A stretch of DNA of 64,000 bases from a virus, in the IMG/VR virus record IMGVR_UViG_3300045988_069682, positions 4,222 to 68,221 of that record. One strand, written 5' to 3'. Under the pieces are notes generated by a model that was not told the origin of the DNA, searched no databases, and saw only the letters and a program-made list of their open reading frames with translations. A program made the translations under genes and the position numbers. Positions 15,027 to 26,100 of the stretch are shown one piece after another; the first letter of the stretch is position 1, and each line of letters begins with the position of its first letter.

Positions 15027-15356
15027 TCATTCAGACATTTGTTTTTTATTTAACGCATAAAAAAATAAGCCCCTTGAGCATACGACACAAAGTCGTATAC
15101 CCAAGGGGCTTCGTTTTATTCTAGATTTCAAAACACGTAAAACAGACTCATATGCAGCAGCAACATCACGTTCAACAGTCTTATCGGAAATATTCATTTC
15201 CATACCAATCTGGTAATTCATCAGTCCATCGACAAATCGCTTCTCGCAGATAACGTATTGCCGAGGACTGACTTTTGCTTCGTGCAGCACGGCGTAAAAT
15301 TCTTCTCGCGTCGAATTATGCAGCCAGTCCCTTGCACGCTTTTTGAAATCATCCAT
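15027..15356 (-). CDS. small sigma-70 region-4-like / HTH regulator
   Basis: VSPRQYVICEKRFVDGLMNYQIGMEMNISDKTVERDVAAAYESVL resembles sigma r4 / LuxR-type HTH. The last ~30 codons run through the terminator. Confidence 0.45.
   Translation of the reverse strand: MDDFKKRARDWLHNSTREEFYAVLHEAKVSPRQYVICEKRFVDGLMNYQIGMEMNISDKTVERDVAAAYESVLRVLKSRIKRSPLGIRLCVVCSRGLFFYALNKKQMSE
15059..15111 (-). terminator. strong intrinsic terminator (minus strand)
   Basis: Stem AAGCCCCTTG (15067-76) pairs with CAAGGGGCTT (15102-11), with an inner hairpin. A7 on the plus strand (15059-65) gives U7 after the stem on the minus strand. Confidence 0.8.
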
Positions 15357-15357
15357 A

Positions 15358-15789
15358 TTATGTTGCGATTGCCACCGCTAAAGCGCCGCCTAGCAATACC
15401 CACGCTATATTTCGCTGTGCCTTAATTATTTGTTGCTGCTTTTTTACCTCTTTCGCGTATAGTTCTAGTGAGTCGTTGGCAGTCTGCAATAGCAGCTCGT
15501 TGCTGCTCGATTGTTGCTTCAATGCTGTCAGCTCTGCTTGCAGCTTCTCGGTTTGCGCTTGCGCTTCGTTCAAGGCTGCTTGTGACTTCGCCAGCTCTGC
15601 TTTCAGCGCTCTGCAATCCCTCGCTAATTTGATGTTGCTGGCTGATAGCTGCTCCAACCTCGTGTCTAACAGCGTCAATTCGCTCTCCGTTATCGTGTAC
15701 TCGGCTTCCTGCGAAGAAGCAGAGGCAGGCAAAGGCAAGGCCAGCAATAAGCAGAATCCAGTGGCTTTTAATAAATTCTTTAGCTTCAT
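15358..15789 (-). CDS. secreted coiled-coil protein with C-terminal TM anchor
   Basis: Signal-like MKLKNLLKATGFCLLLALPLPASA, heptad coil, and C-terminal IAWVLLGGALAVAIAT. Its stop abuts the next ATG. An alternative frame (15422..15793) is also open. Confidence 0.5.
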   Translation of the reverse strand: MKLKNLLKATGFCLLLALPLPASASSQEAEYTITESELTLLDTRLEQLSASNIKLARDCRALKAELAKSQAALNEAQAQTEKLQAELTALKQQSSSNELLLQTANDSLELYAKEVKKQQQIIKAQRNIAWVLLGGALAVAIAT

Positions 15790-15848
15790 TCATTGTTTAC
15801 CTCATGAGATACAACTGGGGGACAAATTGTCCCCCAGTTAAAAGGAAA

Positions 15849-15959
15849 TTATAAACCAAAATAGTTGTGTAATGCTCCTAACGCAAAGCCCAGCACAAGT
15901 CCAGCCAGAAATTTCTTGTCAGTGACATACTCTAAAAACTTGTCAACTTTCTCCATCAT
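15849..15959 (-). CDS. 36-aa single-TM peptide (holin/antiholin-like; not in track)
   Basis: MMEKVDKFLEYVTDKKFLAGLVLGFALGALHNYFGL, immediately downstream of the endolysin. Confidence 0.45.
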   Translation of the reverse strand: MMEKVDKFLEYVTDKKFLAGLVLGFALGALHNYFGL

Positions 15960-15979
15960 TGTTTATTCACCTACCTTTC

Positions 15980-16486
15980 TTAATGCAGTCTATACCATTC
16001 AGCGTTACCGCGGATGGTCTGCATCTTTTCATAAAGCTTTCTGCCGGGGCAAGCAGTCGCCATAAGGTCTCTGTGGCCTACCACGACGTTTTTCGCCGCC
16101 GTCAGACTGTAGATATTGCACAGCTCACCAATGAGCGCAGAGAGGCTGTTAAGCTGCTCTGGAGTAGGGCGTGCAATCTCAAAGTTTCCGCACACATGGA
16201 TACCGATAGTATCTCTGTTTCTACCGTAAGCATGAGCACCAACAGCCCATCTAGGTCTGCCTCGCTCGATTGTGCCATCCTTGCGGATAACATAATGGTA
16301 GCCGATGCCAGCCCAGCCCTGAGCTTTATGAGAGTCATGAATCTCTGCCGCCGACAGGTCATCATCCGTCGGATTGCCTGTATGATGCACCACAATCATA
16401 TTGGTTTGTTGGCGCTCGTTCAAGCTGTCAAAATTTAAATCTGTTTCAACGATGTCCGTGTTTCTCACCGTCCTTTTCGTCCTCAA
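15980..16486 (-). CDS. N-acetylmuramoyl-L-alanine amidase endolysin (Amidase_2/PGRP)
   Basis: IVVHHTGNP...AQGWAGIGYHYVIRKDGTIERGRP...GAHAYGRNRDTIGIHVCGNF...HRDL..TACPG. Confidence 0.85.
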   Translation of the reverse strand: MRTKRTVRNTDIVETDLNFDSLNERQQTNMIVVHHTGNPTDDDLSAAEIHDSHKAQGWAGIGYHYVIRKDGTIERGRPRWAVGAHAYGRNRDTIGIHVCGNFEIARPTPEQLNSLSALIGELCNIYSLTAAKNVVVGHRDLMATACPGRKLYEKMQTIRGNAEWYRLH

Positions 16487-16778
16487 ACTTGTCGGGTATG
16501 CCGTTGCCGTTTACATCGACAAAACACCCGGCAATAAATGTCACGAAGCCAATCATAGCGGGGCCTATCATTTCTTTTATTATCGCCAGCAAGTCGCTCA
16601 TTATGATTTTGCCGAACCACGCTTGGTAGCACCATGCTGCGTAATACGTCAGCACCAACAGTACCACCAAAGCGAAGTACGACATTATCATCCATTTAAT
16701 AGGCGACTGCATATCGCTGACTTTGTTCTTTGCTACCTCAATATATTTTCCGAGATAGTCCTTGAACTTGCTGAACAT
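16446..16778 (-). CDS. holin-like 2-TM membrane protein with EF-hand-like C-tail
   Basis: TM segments MIMSYFALVVLLVLTYYAAW and IGPAMIGFVTFIAGCFV. The tail is DVNGNGIPDKFE. It overlaps the endolysin start by 41 nt. Confidence 0.55.
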   Translation of the reverse strand: MFSKFKDYLGKYIEVAKNKVSDMQSPIKWMIMSYFALVVLLVLTYYAAWCYQAWFGKIIMSDLLAIIKEMIGPAMIGFVTFIAGCFVDVNGNGIPDKFEDEKDGEKHGHR

Positions 16779-17056
16779 CAGTCATCAACACCTTTTGAAC
16801 AGCAGCACTTGCGAACGTCGTCGACCTCTCTTTTAACCTCTTGATAGCGCAGCAATAAGGAATTTAACTGTTCCTCGGTAGTGGCCTGTGCTACACGAAT
16901 GTCGTTTATAACCTTGGTCAGTTCTTTCACCGCAAGTGTGTTGTTGTCAATGCTCTGATGCAGTGCATCATTCTCAACTCTCTGCGGTTGAACAATCAGC
17001 CAAGCCCCCGCAAACGCCAGCCCGCTAATCAAAAAGCTCAGTAACTCTAAGTCCAT
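16778..17056 (-). CDS. N-terminal-TM coiled-coil protein (lysis-associated?)
   Basis: LLSFLISGLAFAGAWLIV, then a coil, then a C-terminal CCCSKG. It is the first gene after the giant ORF. Confidence 0.55.
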   Translation of the reverse strand: MDLELLSFLISGLAFAGAWLIVQPQRVENDALHQSIDNNTLAVKELTKVINDIRVAQATTEEQLNSLLLRYQEVKREVDDVRKCCCSKGVDD

Positions 17057-17080
17057 TTTTCACCTCTCAGAAAATAGTTT

Positions 17081-17136
17081 GAGCCACCGCGCAAGCAGTG
17101 GCTCTTTTTATATACAGCCGTTCCTAGGTAACGGCT
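17081..17136. terminator. two tandem hairpins between the virion and lysis genes
   Basis: AGCCGTT-N7-AACGGCT and GAGCCAC-N10-GTGGCTC+TTTTT. The U-tract is weak in the minus direction. Confidence 0.35.
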
Positions 17137-17144
17137 CCCCCGAC

Positions 17145-20100
17145 TTAAATGTCAAATTTGTCGCCATATTTTTTCAAGCAAAGCTGTGCGACCTTTTGTT
17201 GCTTTGCTCGGTTTTTATCAACCAGCATCCTCTTTTGCGCTGGGGTGTATTTGGGGTTTGTTGTAATATCCCTAATCTCTTTTTGGAGCTTGGAGATTGT
17301 GTTTGCCGCAGTATTAACGCCAGATACAGCGACGGTAGGTTTACCCTTCTTGCCGTAACCAGCCTGCCATTTCGCAGATGCCTCTTTGAGCTGATAGAAG
17401 TCATTCATGGTTCTGGTAAGGTTCATGTCGTTGACAACGAAGTCACGGACGAACGCCATTTCTGAAAGCTTCTTTTCTGGCAGATTGCGCTTTTCGGCAA
17501 TCAGCAAGTCTGGAGCTTGCCATAAGAACATGCCCATAGTGCCTGTATAACCACGCCAGAGATTGTCAATTTTTACAGGAGACAACTTCATGATTGGGTT
17601 GTCACCCAAAGCCTTACTCATTTCACTGGTGTATGGGCCATATTGCAATTCGTCCGGCAGACGTTCCTGTGACTTGCTCACAATGGGCTTGCCACGGAAA
17701 AAGGAGTAATTTGTAATCCACTCAGCCAGTGGCAGAAACAGAGTAGGAATAACGCCCGGCATCAGTGCGTCTCGTGCTTGGGTGCGCCAGTTTGCCATAG
17801 CCTTCGGGTCTTGACCGTTAGCCGTATCGAGCATAGCTTCCGCGCCAGAGCCAAACAGAATACCAGCTTCTTGCGGTTTGGGGATGCGAATACCATTTGG
17901 CAATATCCAGTTGGTCATCTTGACGTTCGGGTCAAGTTCCTTATACCAATCCTCATCGTGATTCCACAGCCACAGCACTATGGACGGCAGAACTATATAG
18001 GTACCGATGCGGAGTAAAGTTCTTCTCGGGTCAGCCTTAAACATTCTATACAGCTTATCGCCGCCTTGAATACATGCGTTGAAGAACGGTACCATACGGT
18101 TGATTTGCTGACCTGTAGCACCGCTGCGGCCAAAGTTAAGAGTAATCTCTACTGCGTCGTAAGCTGCTTGGTCTACGCTCTTGCCTTTCTCTCTCGCCCG
18201 CATGAACTCGCCCATACGGGTGCCAGCTTCGGCAAGGTTGCTAATCCATTCCAGACCTTCTATCGGTTTGTGGAATATACCTTTGATAATATCTAGCAAG
18301 CCAAGCTTCTGCCATTTTTTACCGCCAGCCATACTTTCAAGGCTACGCATAACTGATTCGCCATCGCCATAGAAGTTGGACGAGATAACGCCACTTGCAT
18401 TAAACTCGCTTCTCAACTGCTGATTATTGAGCAATGCGTTCATGCCGCGAATACTGTCGTAAATTGGAACGAAGCCGTTCTTGGAGGCGATTCCTGCAAA
18501 CAATGTATCGCGAATGAGGTTGCGAAGAATAAAGGACGGAGACATTGTAGAACCAGTTCTCAGCCATTGAGCTGGCTTAGTCAGTAGAGCCATTTCGATT
18601 TCCACTAACGGCTTTACCGCAGCAGTAATAGCTGGGTACATCTCAGGGATTGTCTGATAGGAGTGCTTCTCGCCGTTGAACATTACCGTAAAGATGCAGT
18701 TCTTGGCATCGCCGCTATTGCCCTTAACCTCCTTGATGTAGTCATCGAGCTTGTATTTATTTGCCTGTTTAACGGCATACTGGCCAACTCTGTTACGCTC
18801 TGCCTTCTGTGTCAATGCGTTGATAGATGTAACAATAGTTCTGAGTGGCGGCACTATGTCGCGTTCGGAACCTTCGCTGCTACGATTCTTTAACGGGTCA
18901 GACACGTTCGCTAGACCTTTGCCAGAGTTAATCTGGTCGATGAAACTGTCAACAGCAGCGGTGTCGCTGAAATCACGCATCAACGGGCAATAAGCCTTGT
19001 AACGAGATTTGGTTGCTAAGTATCTGTCCCCGGTAATCAAGCCAGTGTTGTACAGAATATCCAGCATGTTGTCAGTAATGCCTTTGAACATCTTGGCATA
19101 TTCTTTGAAACCAACAGGAGCTTCTTTGATGACCTGCCGAATTTCCTGCTCAGTCATACCGCCCGGAAATTTATAAGGCTCAAAGATAGGCTTATCACCA
19201 TGCGAGCCTTTCTTTTCCCATTCGGCTACACTGCGGTCGTAGTCAAGTCTATGGTTTTGCGCGGACTCCAACAGGCTTCTGGCAACCAAATAATTTTCGA
19301 TTGCGCTGATGTGTTCTTCGAGTTCCGCTTTGCCTTGCGGATTAGTGGATTTAACGTAATTGGTAAATCGGCCAGCCTTCATATCTGTGCCGATTTTCTC
19401 CATGAGCATCTGCAAGGAAACCATGTTCTTGATGCCATATTTGTTTGCCGCCTGTTTCAACTCATCTGCATTGCCTTCCAGCAGAGCCATTGCCATGCCA
19501 GAAGCGCTATTCGCTGCCATGTTCATGCGGCCAAGGATGGTGTTAGCTCCGTCGATTTTCTCGCCGCTCGCCTTTGCGATTGCGTCATCGAGCAGATGCA
19601 AAGCGTCATACTTGTCAACGAAGTGTTTGTAGAATTGGCTCTTGGCATCGACTATCCACTCTTTAACCTTTTGGGTTCTGGTCTTAGGTTCCTCTCTGGC
19701 AATTCTGGAGCCGAGCTTCTGCGCTGCATTTGCGGTTTTTTCACCCTCATGGCGCTTATTGACGTAGGTACGATTCGGCAGTCCGTCGTCAATCTTTTCG
19801 ACAACTTCTTTGCCATCTTTACCCAACCTTACAACAGCTCCAGCTAGAGAGAAGCTTTCAATCTCTTTAGCGTGTAGCTTTTTACGTAAAGAGCGGATTT
19901 CTGCCGCACGCAGTTTCGTGCGCTCTTTTTGCTTCTCCCCTTTGTCTTTAAGGTATTCGGCAAGTTCCTTTTGATGCTCGTTCATAATGGCGGTAATTCT
20001 ATTGTCGCCAGCGCCAGCAGCATAGGCTTCCTCTAACTTACGCTTATAAGCTTCGTTAATACCTGTAATGCCTGGGTCTTGAGAGCGAGGCTTGCTTCGA

Positions 20101-23100
20101 GCAGAATATTTACAGGGATTAGTTTGACGAGCATTGACAAGGTCTTGCTTGTGTAGTATACTTTCGTCAGAAGCCCGCTTGCGGATAAGGCCTGTTAAGG
20201 TGTCGGTTCTGGCATCCTTAGCCGCCTTAGCCCAAGCGAGGCTTTTTTTGCTGTCTAAATATAATAATTCCCCGTTATTTTCAAGAGCGTTTATAAAATA
20301 CTGGTAGCTCGGTTTAGCTCCGCCTACGCCAAACGCAGTTTGCGGCATGTTGACCACAGTACGCTTGCGCTCAACATCGACTTCCAATTTTACTGGAACA
20401 ACAACAGTAGCTCCGTACTCGTTTTTTACTCCTAGCACTAAAACTCTTTTGTTAGGAAATTCTTTCTTAACCCCTTTAACATCCTCAAAATCTTTGAGAA
20501 TCATCAAAGGTTCTGCCATAGCTTTTGGGATTTGTTTAATTACGGCTGGTGTCATTCCCGGATGCTTAGTTTTAGTTGAATGGCCAAAAAACCCAGAAGA
20601 AATTTTCAAAGGATATTGCTTCGCTCCAGTTAAAACCAAAGCCAATGGCGTTTGTCTCATGAAATCCACAGTTTCAAACTTATGTTCTTCAAACCACTTT
20701 TTCGGATTCTTCGACCACTCATCTACCATTGCAGCAAATCTATCTGAATCCTCGTCAATCTTTTTCTGTAACGCCTCATCAAGTTTTGATTTTTTTGCTT
20801 GGTGCTTATCGCCGTCGCTGTTTCTTTTGCTGCCCTCATCTCCCCAAACCTCACCAAGCTCGATTCTACGCGCTAAATCATGGAAGTTATCAACTTTCTC
20901 GAACATCGCTTGAGCTTTCTTGATAAAATCATAAACCTTGCGCATGAGCTTCGCTACCAATCGTTGCAGCTTGTTTTTGGCAAGAATCATTCTACCCCAT
21001 GCGGTCTTTTGCAGTTCGGTTTCATGCAGTTTGGTAAACAGAGCGGCCTTTCCGCCAACGCGATTGGCTCTCAGCATCATTCTGCCCCAAGGTGTTTTTT
21101 GCAGCTTCTCAATTTCGGATTTGGTGAAGTCGGTTATGTAACCATGCTCACGAGCAGACACGAAGTTGCGCACTGCGTCAGCAGCGATTTCCTCTGCGTC
21201 TTTCTCAATACCATACTCTTCGGCAATCTTCTCTGCTCTGTCAAACAGGATTTTCTTCTCCTGCTCGTTGAGTGCCAAATCAATCGCTGCATGAGTAGCT
21301 TCGTGAGCCTCAGTATTCTCTCTGGAGTCCAAGGAAACACTGATGATACCTTCAACGTCAGAACTGTACATCGGGCGGTAGTAACCCTCGATAGTCATAT
21401 CCGCATCGTCAGCTATGCCATGTTCTTTTCTGGCGCGCTCGGCTTCTGCTTCATTTACAAGAAGATTGTTTTGAATATCGAGGGTAAATTTGTTACCACC
21501 TTTAGTAATGATAGTGAACGTGCTATTGTCATTGACTTGAATATCATCAGTACCGAAGAGTTTTTTGCACTTCTCTAAGATTTCATCACGAGAGCGCAGG
21601 ATTTTTTCGCCAAATTCGGATTCACGGACGGAGAACTTAACCTCCGCTTTTTGATTAGCCTTGTGCAAAGCTGTGTCCAATGCCTTTTGACGTACAGCTC
21701 CGATTTTGCTGTCGCTGTCATAAAACTCGATATGAAGCCCCGCATCCATCATAGCTTTTACTTCTTTAGTATCCGCATATTTCTGTGGTACAACTGCGGC
21801 TTTAAAGTCTCCAAGGTTGACGCTTCGTTGACTCTTGGCTTCAAAATATTCGGTTTTGACCAGTTTCTTTACGCTATGGAAAAGATTCAAAGCTCGCTCA
21901 TTAGGCAAAGCGTTAACAAGATTAGGGTTTTCTTTGAACGCCTCTTTGCCAACAAGTTCCTCCATTAAGTGTTTTTCGGACGGGTCATCTGAATTTATGA
22001 CTTTTGCAATAGCAATCAAAGCATCATCCCCAACTTTGTCATAATTACTTCTTATGGTTGGGTTGTCGAAGTCTCTTGAAAGACTACCAGACGCTTTGTG
22101 CATATCATCTACAGACTTAAACTCTCTGGCTACAAACGCCAAAAATTGTCCATAGGTCATTCTTTTTCCTTCAGACCAGTGTGCTCTCGGATATGCTTGT
22201 TTTAACATGTAGCGTTCTAGATTTTCTGTTGTAAAAGGAACATCCTTTCCTTCGGCCGGGTTAAAGAAATAGCTTTCGCCGTCGATTATTTTCTCTTTTG
22301 GAATCGTTGGAGTCCAAGCATCGCGCTCATAAACCTTCGCCGCTCCTGTGCTTGGGTCGATAAGTTCTTTACCCCCAATCAAAGTTATTTCTCCGTAGTT
22401 GCTGTACGGCTCTCCGTCGCGTATAATCGCAAGACTTGGCGACACAAAAGTACCATTTGTTTTGCCAAAGATAACATCGCTAAGAGATTCCATGGTCAAA
22501 TTGTGCAAAGCTACAAGTTTTGACGAATCTCTTGTCTTGTTAACATACCGCTTATTTGAATTATCAGTACCTTCTGGCTTTGAATCATAATCTGCATGTG
22601 ATGCCTTATTTTCAACAGCCACGGCATTGCTAGTTTCTTTCGCTGCTTTTGCGATTTCTTCGACCGCTTCATGCTTGTCATAAAGCTCTTGATACTTTTG
22701 TAAAGCTTGAAGCATTGCATCTGCATATTTTTTTACAGCATCAATGGTTTCGTCGCTCAATTCGTCATCTTTCAGACCTTTTATAAGCGCATCAAAATCT
22801 TCATCGAGTTTGCCGTCAGTCGCGTAATCAGCCGTTACGGCTGCCGCAATACTGTCTCTTCCAATATCGGCAACATCTTCTTTTTCTTGCTCGCTCAGCA
22901 CTGAATCTAAAATATTTAATGCTTCTTTAGGCAGCGTTTCCAGTTCGTCCGGATTACCCTCTATTAAACCACTTGCCGCCCTAGCAACAATATTGGCATC
23001 AGTATTGCCATTTTTTACTTCTGCCAATGCGACGCGCGCATCGTGTTTTGCACGTTTTTCGTCAAATTCCAACCATATAGAATTTCTTGCAGCAGCCAAA

Positions 23101-26100
23101 GAAGTGTTTTGCTCACTTGTATATTCATCATCACTCTTTGAAGCATTTGCAAGATTCATTTGGAAGTCACGCGCTTCCGCAGCCCCAACGTGACTGTCGC
23201 CGCCCAACATGGTGTCAATCTGATTGCGCAAATCATCTAATTCTTTTATGCGCTCGGCAAATGGTTTGCTAACTTCGTCCTTGCCGCTGAATACAACCTC
23301 GTTAATGATTCGCTTAACATCAGCAGGAATCTCAAAATCAAAAGTATAAGCGTTGGCCCACTTCTTAGATTTTTCGGATTCCCTGCCTAATGCTTTTTGT
23401 ATTTTCAGCATAAATTTTTCAATATAAGATTGAATTTCTGCCTTTAAATCTGCAAACAGTTTATTGAGCCACGGAATAGGGGTATCTGCATCGGCTATAT
23501 GTTTTATGATAGCCTGAGAGAAACGCTCTTCGTCAACAGGCCCGCCGTCGCTTTTAGAGCGTTGCTCTGAGTTAAAGTAAGGAGCCTGGGTATACTCTTT
23601 AGACGTTTTATCTGCCCCATTTCCTATCCATTCTCTCAGCCGTTTAAAATCATCTTTGAGTTTTTGAGGTGCAAGCGGAGACTCTGCAACCAAAGCAAAG
23701 TCTGCAAAGAACATGTGCGCCATTTCGTGGAACAATGTGGTTGTACTAGCTTTTCCAGAAAAAGCCAATCTTCCTCTTGCAGTTTTGTCAGCAGTAAATA
23801 TTTGAGTTGTGAGTCCAGCAGTGCCCGCCGAAAAGCGATTATCAATTTTATCATCAAAAAATGCAAATTTATAACGCTGAGCAAACGCCAAAGGGGTATA
23901 GTTTGCGCCGAGATACTTATTGAACAGCCTAGACCACGTTTGCGCTCTAAAAGCCAAAAGCTGTGCGGCAGCTTCAATAGCATTTGTGCTGAACCGTTTC
24001 TTGGAATCATTGGAAAGAGAAGATTTTACCCAATCATAGACCTCTTGGCCTTCTTTGGACAAAGTCTCGTTGCCGTCAGCCATTGCGTCAGTAGTTGCAG
24101 ATTCAAGAATCTTTTTGTCGATTTGCTCCTGCTCCTTTTTGACTGCTGCTACCTGTTTATCATATACGGATTTTCTATCGTCAACTCGCAAAAAGTCGCC
24201 CTTGCCAGCGCTGTCTTTGCTAGCTTCCAGTTTCCTTTCCAATTCACTCTTGATTTTTTCAAGCGAATCAAGAGCCTCTTCCAAAAATATCTTGCCTTCC
24301 TTATGCTGTTTGACAACATTTTCGGCGGCTTCCTTGGCATCTTTAAGTGCCTTTTGGTAAAACTCTTTTCTCGGAGCCTCAGCTTCTTCTCTAGCTCTTT
24401 TATCAGCTTCGAGTTGTTTCCTGTGCTGCTCTTTAGCATCTGCTTCTCGGTCGATGAACATTTGCTTGCGAGTTTCTTCTATTTTCTCGATGCAGTCTTT
24501 TGAAACAGTAGGAACCTGTCGTTCACTACGCGCATAAACACGTTTTAAAGCATTTACCTCCTTGGAAGCCTCGTCTATGCTAGTTTCACCATTACGCCAC
24601 TTATCGCAGATTCCCTTAACTTGTTCCAGCAAGGTCGCCTCGTTGTATTTTTGAATAAGTTCAATGTTATCAACGGGGGTTTTCTTGTTCATTAGATACA
24701 AGCCATTGTTATCTGTGTTCAGTCCTTTAACGATAGCAGAAACATCTGGCTTTGTTTCAATGTCTGCTTGCTGCCTAATTGGCGGTTCGCCTTCGCCGCT
24801 GCCAGAACCAACATCAGCAGTTGATGTATCGGTTGTACCTTCGGTGTTATCAGTATTCGCGTTTTTGAGCTTGTCGAGCACATCCGTAAGAGTAACCTTT
24901 GGAACTGTCGGCAACTCAACGGGCTTGCTTGTGTCAATGCCATTGCTCGCAAAGAAATTTTTAACGCTCGCAGATGCCGCATCTAATCCCGGTGTCCCTT
25001 TATTGCCATTGATATTATCTTTTTGGTGCTTTTCAAGAAAATCTTTAACCTTCGATTGTCCGTAAGGAGCGTAATAAAAGCCACCAGAATCCCAGTGGAA
25101 TCCAGCTTGGCCTAAAGATTTTCTCACATCAAGAGGAAGCTTGTCGGATGGAGCAATCCATACCATGTTGTCTTTTTGGCGCAGGATAGGGTTTAACTCC
25201 TTGCCACCGACTTGAATTGTTGGCAATTTGTCTGCCTTACCAACTTCATTCTTGTTAGTGTTGTCGTCCTGCTTTGGTTTTTTACCTTTCGCCGGGGTTA
25301 CTGTATTACCATTGGCATTGTTATCAGAAGCATCTTGAACAAGATACTTCTTCAAAAATTCGTCTAAAGCTGGCGTATTTTCAGCAATAGAGCCTTCCTC
25401 TTTGCTCTTCCATGCAAAGCCAGCTTTCTTATATGCTTGCTTTTCTTCTTTGGTGAATTTAACACGCTTTTCCATTTTTAAAGAAACTCTGCCATCCGGC
25501 AAAGACCTTACTTCGCCTTTAACACCATTTAAGCGAATAGTGCATAGCAGTTTTCCAACATCAGTAGTCGATGTATCGGTTTTATCATCGGCATTAACAT
25601 CATCTGCGTTTTTGAGCTTATCGAGTACATCCGTGAGATTAACCTTAGGAGCCTTCGGTAGTTCAACGGCCTTGCTTGTGTCAATGCCATTGCTCGCGAA
25701 AATCTCACGAAGCGTCTGGACTTCGGTTTTCGGTTCTACGTCTATTTTTGCCCCAGAGAGTTTCTCCAAAGCGGTTTTCACCTCTGCGTTATAAGGAGCT
25801 TTAATCGCTTTCGCATTGCCGTCATACTTAAAACCAGCTTCGTAGATGATTTTTCGTTGTTCGTCTGTGGTTTCGGTACCTTTAGGCCAAGAAATGGTAA
25901 CTGTTTTGCCATCGTCCGTCAGAATCGGAGTCAACTCTTTTTTGCCGAATTTAATTTTTGGGAGAGTTTTTTGCATCTCTTGTTCGCGTTCCTCCGGCTC
26001 AGCTTTAGGCTCAGTCTTAGGCTCGGCTTTAGGCTCGGCTTTAGGCTCAGCTTTAGGCTCAGTCTTAGGTTCAGCTTTAGGTTCGGCCTTAGGCTCAGCT

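Noticed and set aside
15358-15793. Spanin (Rz/Rz1 or u-spanin) interpretation of the overlapping frames
   Set aside because: Neither frame has a lipobox Cys in a proper L-x-x-C context. The RBS style and the LysM/amidase genes suggest a monoderm host where spanins are not expected. The open alternative frames are explained by Ala/Gln/Leu-rich codon composition.
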